Origin: Anaerolineales bacterium
GTDB lineage: Bacteria; Chloroflexota; Anaerolineae; Anaerolineales; DRKV01
NCBI GenBank assembly: GCA_020061145.1
Contig: JAGUYX010000088.1
Location: forward strand, 1-45,869
Direction of reading: 5' to 3'
Length of the DNA stretch: 45,869 nt
Positions 9,025 to 16,301 of the stretch are shown here, piece after piece. The notes below the pieces were generated by a model, which was given only the letters and a program-made list of their open reading frames with translations, had not been told where the DNA came from and searched no databases. Within the stretch, counting starts at the first letter, position 1; each line of letters opens with the position of its first letter. The translations under genes were made by a program, and so were the position numbers.

Positions 9025-10473
9025 CTAAGGCTCGATGACAAACAGCGCTTCCTGGCCTGATTCCATGTGTGATCCATAAGTGACCAGGCGACTCCCATCC
9101 GGTGACCACCAGAGACGGTCAAGCCAGTAATTTGGGGCCTGCCACCGACTGAGCAACCGCCCTTCTGGAAAGCTGACGATCAGAACAGTGCCCTGTCGAA
9201 AGAAGGCCATCAGCTGTCCGTTACTCGACAAACCGCCAGAGCTTGCCTGGTCAGCAATCTTGACCGGAGCACTGCTGGGTGGATCCACCGCGCGCAGCCA
9301 GTAATCCATCTCACCGTTTCCTACCGGAGTATCGCTCAGAAACAACAACCATTTTCCGTCGGGTGAAAAGCTTCTCCAACCACCCGAGCCATCAGCGAAT
9401 GACCCTGGATAGAAGTGAAGCTCCTCGGTCTGATCGAGTTCGCTGTGGAAGAGCAGCGCCCCTTGATCCGACATCCCAAGCAGAATATGGTACTCTCCAA
9501 AGGTGGGATCGGCCTGGACTCCAATGGTCGAGACATTCTGCTCATCGTTCATCGCAAGCCCCAACAGATCAGGGAACACGTTGCTCACCCTGTCATCAGA
9601 CACAGAATAATAGAGGATACCCTTATCGACCGTCATACCAATTAGATATAACTCGTCATTGAGCCATCTCGGTCCCCCATAGACAAAATGCGGGCTATCG
9701 ATATAGGGAACCGAAACAATCGTCCGGCCGGTTCCAACTTCGGTAACCCTCAACTCAGTGTGGAAAGCCTGTTCTTCCAACTCGAGGATTATCCTTTCAG
9801 CCAAATGGCGACCATCCGGCGAGAGGTCTACCCTCGTATAAGGATTTGGCAGAGAAACGTTATCAACCGGTGCGAACGCCTCACAGGGCACTCCGCCAAT
9901 CGCCTTCCCCTCTCGATTCAGGATCGCGATCGCGCTCCCGTCCTCCTGCCAGACGACCCGGCCGCTCCCGAGGTCCTGGGCTTTCACGTCCTCGTATTGG
10001 CATGTCTCGCCAGAATCGACATTGGCAAAGGCCAGGGAGACAAGATTCTCCTCGCTCTCTCCAAGCCAGTAGGCGAACCACAGGTTTTCCGGCGCCCAAC
10101 TGTCGAAGCGCAATCGCAATCCGTCTGCGGTGATGAACGGTTCTTTGCTGGTGAGAGGAGCAGATGCAGTTGACGGGGTTTCCGTAACAGGAGCAAGGGT
10201 CGCAGTGGGCTGCGGCTCCATCTGTGTGCCGGTTGTCTTGGCCGGAGTCTTCGAGGCCTTCGCTGGCTCGACGGTTGCTTCGGTCTCCGCAGGGGCTGAG
10301 GAACTGGTGGGCGAGACTGCTGGTGAAGCCGGGGAGGCGCAGGCGACGAGGGCTAAAGCGAGTATCAGATAAATACTCAAGGAGTTCAGATAAATACTTA
10401 GCCGGAATGACTCGCTCCTGGCGCGACGAAACCTTTGGGAGGGAACAGTGATGAATTTTGGGATTTCCATCAT
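9025..10473 (-). CDS. lipoprotein with a TolB/PD40-like beta-propeller
   Basis: Lipobox LALVAC followed by an Ala/Pro/Thr/Ser-rich linker. Blade motifs LSPDGRHL, FSPDGKWLLF and WSPDGSRLV are present. Confidence 0.75.
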   Translation of the reverse strand: MMEIPKFITVPSQRFRRARSESFRLSIYLNSLSIYLILALALVACASPASPAVSPTSSSAPAETEATVEPAKASKTPAKTTGTQMEPQPTATLAPVTETPSTASAPLTSKEPFITADGLRLRFDSWAPENLWFAYWLGESEENLVSLAFANVDSGETCQYEDVKAQDLGSGRVVWQEDGSAIAILNREGKAIGGVPCEAFAPVDNVSLPNPYTRVDLSPDGRHLAERIILELEEQAFHTELRVTEVGTGRTIVSVPYIDSPHFVYGGPRWLNDELYLIGMTVDKGILYYSVSDDRVSNVFPDLLGLAMNDEQNVSTIGVQADPTFGEYHILLGMSDQGALLFHSELDQTEELHFYPGSFADGSGGWRSFSPDGKWLLFLSDTPVGNGEMDYWLRAVDPPSSAPVKIADQASSGGLSSNGQLMAFFRQGTVLIVSFPEGRLLSRWQAPNYWLDRLWWSPDGSRLVTYGSHMESGQEALFVIEP

Positions 10474-11045
10474 TTATCTGCCGATGCTGGACAATAAGCA
10501 TGGGGAGTAAAGGTCCAGGAGTAGATATTCGTCGAGGTTGTTACTCCTACTGCGCAACACGGAGCGATTGTTGAGCCTCCCGAGCGTTCCATATGCGAAT
10601 GTCGCCCTGTATAACAACCGCCACAAGCACCTGCTGGGACTGTCCCGAGCCACTTTGATGATGAGGTAAGGTTATACACCGTATTATTCGATACTTGAGG
10701 GTTATCAACATGCGCATACATCACAGAACCAATGTAATATATGGCATTTGGACATTCATATAACTCGACTTTTATTGTCCGCCGATACTGGTTTGCACAG
10801 CCAGGGCAACACCTAAGCTCCACAAAAGTCTTAATGCTTCGAATAGTTGGGTAATTAACTCTTAGATATAAATCTAAACTACCACTTATATAGGCGATAT
10901 CAACTGGTGAGGTCCCTCCTGCGCATGTACCATGAGCGCCACAAGAGCCGTTGCAAACGTCACCGTCACAGACACCGCAGCAATACTGAGTTTTTCCCGA
11001 AATACAACCGTTGCTTATTGGAGATCGAACGTATGCGGTAGCCAT
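10470..11045 (-). CDS. cysteine-rich (16 Cys) protein with a LytM/M23-like C-terminal motif and no signal peptide
   Basis: ATG at 11045 with a GGAGG RBS. The N-terminal cluster reads CISGKTQYCCGVCDGDVCNGSCGAHGTC. YAHVDNP...GTVP...YTGRHSHME parallels the M23 pattern YaHl....G.vG.TG..tGpHLHFE. The usual HxxxD appears as TSPVD. Confidence 0.6.
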   Translation of the reverse strand: MATAYVRSPISNGCISGKTQYCCGVCDGDVCNGSCGAHGTCAGGTSPVDIAYISGSLDLYLRVNYPTIRSIKTFVELRCCPGCANQYRRTIKVELYECPNAIYYIGSVMYAHVDNPQVSNNTVYNLTSSSKWLGTVPAGACGGCYTGRHSHMERSGGSTIAPCCAVGVTTSTNIYSWTFTPHAYCPASADK

Positions 11046-11073
11046 TAGAACCTCCAGAAAATTATATTTGTGC

Positions 11074-11805
11074 CTACCGATGCAGCGAGGTCTCAACGAG
11101 GTACTTCACAATTTCCTCAGAAGCTTCTCGTTTTTGGTCGTGCTCAACCACCAGCGTATACAAGATATCTTGTTTTATCCAGTGAAGAAGAGATCCCCGT
11201 TCGGTTGGTAGCATAACGCCGGGTGTGGGTGTGAAGTCAACTTTTTCTGCAGTTACCAAAACCATTTCCTCTTGCTCCCGGCTTGACAAACCTATTGACC
11301 GAAGGGGTAAGTTAATTGGCCAAATCGGGTATGGATGTGGAAATATTGGCCGTGCCGACACACTAATAAGAGGCTGGTTTCCATGAACCGAACCATAATC
11401 TATACCCACTGCAAATATCTTACCGGATTGGGTGAACCGAATTAAATTTCCTTGTATGAATTTCATGTAGGAGGGCAATGAATTCGGAACATAAGTTATA
11501 AAAGGGGCATGGCTAATCAATTCCGTAAGGTCATCGAACCAAATTGTTTCTCCTCTTATAGCCAAGGCGTCCGGATCCAGCCCATCATCCACCTGGCCTA
11601 ATATCGGAGCCGATGCGCATTGAACAAAGGGCGGTATAGGTGCTCCCTCTGGCAATAACACAAAACCGGAATATAGTTCCCCCTCCACTTCTTCATCGCG
11701 AACGTCTAAATCTATCCCCAACCGACTCCCAAGTCTTTGAAAGGGGTTTAGTACCACGCCTCCCACCAGGCTCATGAATTTGATGAAATCTCTCCTGGTT
11801 AACAT
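11074..11805 (-). CDS. Tat-signal extracytoplasmic protein, unknown function
   Basis: MLTRRDFIKFMSLVGGVVL contains a twin-arginine motif plus an h-region. A GGAAGGAGGAA RBS lies 7 nt upstream of the ATG at 11805. Confidence 0.75.
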   Translation of the reverse strand: MLTRRDFIKFMSLVGGVVLNPFQRLGSRLGIDLDVRDEEVEGELYSGFVLLPEGAPIPPFVQCASAPILGQVDDGLDPDALAIRGETIWFDDLTELISHAPFITYVPNSLPSYMKFIQGNLIRFTQSGKIFAVGIDYGSVHGNQPLISVSARPIFPHPYPIWPINLPLRSIGLSSREQEEMVLVTAEKVDFTPTPGVMLPTERGSLLHWIKQDILYTLVVEHDQKREASEEIVKYLVETSLHR

Positions 11806-11946
11806 CACCCATTCCTCCTTCCCATGCTATGCAAAAAGAGTAGAGGTTTATTTCTCCATCATTCCTTTTCGTCGGCTAATCTTCGTCAATCGCTCAACAA
11901 AAGAACCCATGACGCGTATACTTCTAGTTCTGATTTTGATAGTTCA

Positions 11947-12048
11947 TCCCTTATCCATAATAACGGGAAAGATCCCAAAATACTGCACGCAGGCAAGGGA
12001 AATCTTAAACTCTTAATCCAATTTCAAAGATGTGGATTCCATACACCT
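11947..12048. repeat. copy A of a roughly 100-bp repeated intergenic element (candidate shared promoter or leader)
   Basis: About 90 percent identical by eye to 13915-14016. It lies 142 nt upstream of the ATG at 11805, the first gene of the long cluster. Confidence 0.8.
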
Positions 12049-12647
12049 CCCCTCCACCTCTCATCTAACTTGGTGTACAGACGCCGTTAATAATCTGGCC
12101 TTGCCTGAAGAACAGAGTTGGCCAGGCGGATGCAAAAGACGATCTTTCCTTTCTGCAACAAGATCACAGCCGGCAGTATTCTTAGCGTGTTCGTTATAAG
12201 CAGAGTCCACCAGCTGTACCTGGGCCAATGCCCAGGCCTTTTACAGCATAAATAACGGCTATCTGAACCAGTATCGCGTGAATACAGTGCTGGTGCAGGT
12301 CTCCGCGAACCTGGACTGCTTGTTTCCTAATGAGGTACCGGAAGTGATTGTTACAGAGAGGGGATGCGCGGAGATACGTGTATTTACTCAGTAATGGGTA
12401 AATCGTGACTGCTCACCCATCCGAGGAAATAGAACACTGATTTTGCCGATTCAGCGAATGTTCGCGGATAAACCTTTATCGGCTCTCTCCAATCTTGGTT
12501 GGCTGGGATTTACTCTTTTCACCACCACCAAGTCACGAATAACCGCTAGAAATCCGCTCAGATCCGCAAAGTCCGCGTGATATGCGTTCTATCCGGGGCA
12601 AGAACAGGAAGGAGCCTGAGTAGTAACGTTTTTCAATCGATCTGCCC

Positions 12648-12694
12648 GCGCTTCAGCCGCACGCTTCGCTGTGCTCCGCGCGTGGCTGAAGCGC
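12648..12694 (-). terminator. long imperfect hairpin downstream of the 13863-12740 two-gene operon
   Basis: gcgcttcagccgcacgc (12648-12664) pairs with gcgtggctgaagcgc (12680-12694) with one bulge. It lies 46 nt after the stop at 12740. No clear T-tract follows. Confidence 0.35.
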
Positions 12695-12739
12695 CGGTTG
12701 GGCGTCACTGCCATAAAATGCTGGCGAGCAATACCGAGT

Positions 12740-13201
12740 CTAGGGGACCGATACCGGCATAGGTTGATCTGGATAGTAGGAGCCCATCCAGATTAGGTCT
12801 CCGGTGCGAGCGTCAAGTACGACAGTGATGTTATCATAGCGCTCTGGCGAATCTTGACCTGGTCTGGGCAAACTCACCCCTCGCCACTCAACATCCCCCT
12901 TGATTGCCAAAATAAAAACCGGAATGTCAGATGTGAGTCCGAATTTGGCTGCATCCGCTCCCAGGTCTATTCCAATTAGCGCATTCCATTCAGCTAGATC
13001 CATCCGAATAGCTTTTTGGGCCTTTGGCGCGTCTATCAATCCGGCTGCACGGGCTTCAGTAAGTGCCTTTGCAGTGAGGATCTCGTCGTCGAGCACAGGC
13101 GTAGGTAATGCTCTCCCAGCTGAGACGAGGGCAAAGGTCAACATTAGAAACAGCACCAAAATGCCAGCAAAGAGCAGACTTCTATTTCTGCGCTTCATCA
13201 T
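12740..13201 (-). CDS. secreted or membrane-anchored protein, unknown function
   Basis: N-terminal signal/anchor RRNRSLLFAGILVLFLMLTFALVSA. An AAGGAGGA RBS is present. Confidence 0.7.
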   Translation of the reverse strand: MMKRRNRSLLFAGILVLFLMLTFALVSAGRALPTPVLDDEILTAKALTEARAAGLIDAPKAQKAIRMDLAEWNALIGIDLGADAAKFGLTSDIPVFILAIKGDVEWRGVSLPRPGQDSPERYDNITVVLDARTGDLIWMGSYYPDQPMPVSVP

Positions 13202-13215
13202 AATAATCGTCCTCC

Positions 13216-13863
13216 TTAACTGTGTCCGTCTCCATCGTCATAAAATGAGTTTGAGCCATTGTCAGTATTGAAGTAAGGAGCATCATCTGCGTAGTTTACA
13301 TGGCCGTTCCAAGACACAAATACAAATGTTCCATCAGGATTTCGCTTCGAGTAGCGTAGATCCCAAAGCTTGGTGTGCCCCATACTTTCGACACCATAAG
13401 CTACTTCGCCTCCGCCAATCACCGCATCTCCATCAGAGAAGTTGGCATTAACATTCGCAACATTGCCGCCATCTACGTAGAACCAGTACTTCCCTGTATT
13501 AGGATCGTACTGCATACTGTACCGGTGAGTAGCGGCTGAGATAACTACATTCATCTGTTTAGCGCCACTCCCATCATTATACCCAATGGCACCGCGAATA
13601 CCTGCTGTTGTCTTTTGCCACCCGAATTCCACGTAACGCCATGGGTCCCACTGAACTACCCCTGCACGATTGTAAACCCACTGGCCACCATCTCCCGTGT
13701 CCAAGTCGGGGTTCGTCCAATTGATATACGCCCATGCTCCCCACGCTACGATGTCCTTTTTCTCAGTAGCATTGTGGAGAGCGCCAGTATGCGCCTGCAC
13801 CTCTGTGGAGACTCCTCCGATCAGGATAATTGTTACTAAAACAACTAAAGCTAACTTCTTCAC
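13216..13863 (-). CDS. secreted beta-rich protein (possible LamG/ConA-like jelly-roll)
   Basis: I prefer the GTG at 13863 (GAGAGGAGGA RBS 6 nt upstream) over the track start at 13956, which lies inside the repeat element. The signal is KKLALVVLVTIILIGGVSTEVQA. THRYSMQYDPNTGKYWFYVDG is LamG-like, which is a fold guess only. Confidence 0.65.
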   Translation of the reverse strand: MKKLALVVLVTIILIGGVSTEVQAHTGALHNATEKKDIVAWGAWAYINWTNPDLDTGDGGQWVYNRAGVVQWDPWRYVEFGWQKTTAGIRGAIGYNDGSGAKQMNVVISAATHRYSMQYDPNTGKYWFYVDGGNVANVNANFSDGDAVIGGGEVAYGVESMGHTKLWDLRYSKRNPDGTFVFVSWNGHVNYADDAPYFNTDNGSNSFYDDGDGHS

Positions 13864-13914
13864 ACTGATCCTCCTCTCTTGACAAATTCGAGCTAACCTT
13901 AACTTGTGACCAAT

Positions 13915-14016
13915 TCCCTTATTCATAATAACGGGAAAGATCCCAAAATACTGCATGCAGGCAAGGGAAAATCTTTAACTCTTAATCGATTTCTTTGATG
14001 TGGATTCCATTCACCT
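13915..14016. repeat. copy B of the roughly 100-bp repeated intergenic element
   Basis: It aligns with 11947-12048 and shares the core cataataacgggaaagatcccaaaatactgca(c/t)gcaggcaaggga. It lies 52 nt upstream of the GTG at 13863. Confidence 0.8.
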
Positions 14017-14243
14017 GTCTCCCGGCGGGCCAGGTCAACCCAACCTATCCTTCGGGGGCCATCGAAGACGGGTTGCTGAAAAGCCATCAACCGTCCGCCC
14101 TACGAACAGGTGGCTATGACTTTGGTTCCAATAATATTATCCGATCCTCGTGGAAAAGAAGCCAGCAGGCGGGGAGCAGGATCATCGAAACGCAGCGTGT
14201 AGAGCCGGGCGCTGCGATAGTAAACGAAGTCCTGGTCGATTTG

Positions 14244-14942
14244 CTACACCCCAACCAGGTAGTCGATACCCATCCGGTCGGGGTGCGGGTAGACCAGGTA
14301 AGCCTGACCCGGCAGGGTGACAATCCGCTTAGAGGAAAATTGGTCCGTTGGACTGGCAGCAAACAGCCGGTCGCTGGGCCGGGGCAGCCGTCCGGTCAAT
14401 TGGTTCCGGACGCGTAACCGGGACAGGGGTAGCTTAGGATCCTCTCGTGTGGCGATGACCAGGTGCATCTGCGGTGGCAGGTGCTCGATCAGAAATGTGA
14501 GTGCGTTGTCTACTTGTTTGGAATCAATCACGTGGTAGTCGTCAAGGACAAAGATGAAGTTGTCGGGGATGGTAGTGATTTCATTGATCAGGGTTGTCAG
14601 AATCGATTCGGTTGTCGGTGGTTGAGGGGATTGGAGCACAGCCACCAAGCCCTCGCCAATTCCCGCCTTGATAGTCCGTAATGCCGCTACCAGGTAAGAG
14701 ACGAAACGCACCGGATCGTTGTCCCCTTTATCCAGTGACAGCCAGGCGACCCGCCTATCGCAGCCAGCGATCCATTCGCTGACCATTGTGGTCTTGCCAA
14801 ACCCGGCAGAGGCTGAGATGAGGGTCAGCTTGCAACCTGAAGAGAGACCCTCATTCAGCCGCTCGATCAGGCGGTGGCGTAGCACAATTTTAGCCCGGGG
14901 TGGAGGGAGATACAGCTTCGTGGCTAAAATTGGTGCAGACAT
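14244..14942 (-). pseudogene. truncated LAL (MalT/LuxR-family) regulator: N-terminal NTPase part only, fused to unrelated sequence
   Basis: The first roughly 183 codons are homologous to the two full-length paralogs (Walker A SAGFGKTT, Walker B FVLDDYH). Homology stops after RLRVRNQLT. The TPR and LuxR HTH parts are missing. Confidence 0.8.
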
Positions 14943-14948
14943 AGCTCA

Positions 14949-14954
14949 ATTATA
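14949..14954 (-). promoter_or_regulatory. TATAAT -10 box 6 nt upstream of the ATG (leaderless-type) for the truncated LAL gene
   Basis: The minus strand reads TATAATTGAGCTATG. No Shine-Dalgarno sequence is present. Confidence 0.45.
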
Positions 14955-15063
14955 TTACGCCCCTCTTGTTTCCGGTCTTCCTAGGGAGGAACTGACTGGA
15001 CAGAAACCAATCTCCACCGATCACTTCTTATAGAGATAAACGACGATACCGTAAGACAAATAG

Positions 15064-15423
15064 CTAAACACCTATCTGAGATCTTTGGAACAGCAGAATA
15101 ATTAGCGAAATTGCGTAACACAGAGAGACAATCATAAAGGCTGACAACAATCCGTATTGGAGACCTGGAACCAGTGAACCTTGCGGGTAAATAAGCTGAA
15201 ATGACGACCTCGTCAGCCACAAAATACAGGTTGCAGCCAGCATTACAATGATTGAATATCGATTTGCTTTGCCTCCAAGGACAAATAGCATATTCAATAA
15301 TCCAAACAATACCTGGGATAGAGAGAAGAACACGTTAATCGCTCTCACAGCCGTTACCAGCTCTGTCGCATTGACATCAATATAGGAGTACCAATTCCAT
15401 AGTTTCGGTACAAAAAGTGCCAT
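15064..15423 (-). CDS. membrane protein, probably the 3' part of a frameshifted gene starting at 15485
   Basis: The 119-aa hydrophobic ORF has no RBS. A strong GAGGAG RBS and an ATG at 15485 open a 43-codon ORF in another frame (MDPLVKIFVMLGSSASIGFGIW...). Confidence 0.5.
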   Translation of the reverse strand: MALFVPKLWNWYSYIDVNATELVTAVRAINVFFSLSQVLFGLLNMLFVLGGKANRYSIIVMLAATCILWLTRSSFQLIYPQGSLVPGLQYGLLSAFMIVSLCYAISLIILLFQRSQIGV

Positions 15424-15505
15424 ATTCCAAAACCAATTGAAGCGCTGCTGCCTAGCATCACGAAAATCTTAACCAGTGGATCCATAAGATCTCCTCAAAA
15501 TGATC

Positions 15506-16123
15506 TTATTCAACCTCGATGCGATCCACCTGGACCTGCGAGCCGTTGTAGTCAGGCACATTGCTGAATAAAGTACCATAAAGATGGACAATCTTGCCGC
15601 TGTCGCGCAGCGCTTCGATTTGGGACCTTACTGCCGGGTCCATTGAATCGATACCAAAATATATGACTTGCCCCAGGTCCTGACGCTCGAAGTAGTCATC
15701 ATACTGTGCGCCGGGTTCCGTACTCTTGATGACGCCCCACCAGTCAGCGATTTCTTCTGTAGTACCTGGCGCCATGTAACCACCCGAGGCATTTCCTCCT
15801 GAGTTATTAATTCTTCCTGGACCACCCTCACTTGCTTCGGTGGTCGCCTCAATCGTTGATTTTTCTGTCAAGCCGCACTCCCCACGGAAATATGCCCACT
15901 CGTCACAGATGCTGCCGTCTGGAAAAACACACACACCGGATTGGCTGCCATCGTCCGCGGTACGGATTTCATATTCATAGCCGTTCTGCTCGCAATAGGC
16001 TGCGGCAGGATTTGGCATATTCACCTGAGAATCATCTGTCGCAACCGGCTCTAAATTGACCCGGAAAATTGTGCAAGCTGTCAATGCCAGCATAATGATT
16101 GTGAATGTAATGATCCTTTTCAT
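15506..16123 (-). CDS. lipoprotein with a DUF333 (putative hemolysin-like) domain
   Basis: Lipobox LALTAC. NMPNPAAAYCEQNGYEYEI...GVCVFPDGSICDEWAYFRGEC matches the four-Cys DUF333 pattern as I recall it. Confidence 0.7.
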   Translation of the reverse strand: MKRIITFTIIMLALTACTIFRVNLEPVATDDSQVNMPNPAAAYCEQNGYEYEIRTADDGSQSGVCVFPDGSICDEWAYFRGECGLTEKSTIEATTEASEGGPGRINNSGGNASGGYMAPGTTEEIADWWGVIKSTEPGAQYDDYFERQDLGQVIYFGIDSMDPAVRSQIEALRDSGKIVHLYGTLFSNVPDYNGSQVQVDRIEVE

Positions 16124-16301
16124 TTTTTACTTCTTTCTGTGCTTCTAGATATTTAATAGCTCTCTTATTCCTTTATTTCCCGCGCCTTTGCACAGGTCAG
16201 GAGGATGGCTAAACTAAACTTCGTTTCTTATGCCTTGATGGGATGCTAATATTCCGGCGAAGATTATGTTGTGGAGGTGATTTCCGTCACTTGCTCCAAT
16301 T

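Noticed and set aside
8990-9109. The 40-codon N-terminal extension of the MauE-like ORF (track start 9109)
   Set aside because: It would overlap the 3' end of the propeller gene by 85 nt. The extension is non-hydrophobic and unlike MauE N-termini. I prefer the ATG at 8989, although its RBS is weak.
10366-10398. A short direct repeat, cagataaatact, occurring twice 21 nt apart
   Set aside because: It lies inside the propeller gene's signal-peptide region, where it encodes LSIYL twice. It is not an array or a regulatory repeat.
9688-10501. ORFs 9688..10173 (+), 9846..10133 (+) and 9881..10501 (-) overlapping the propeller gene
   Set aside because: They give Arg/Pro-rich translations in GC-rich DNA. 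The propeller frame has a lipobox and repeated SPDG blade motifs.
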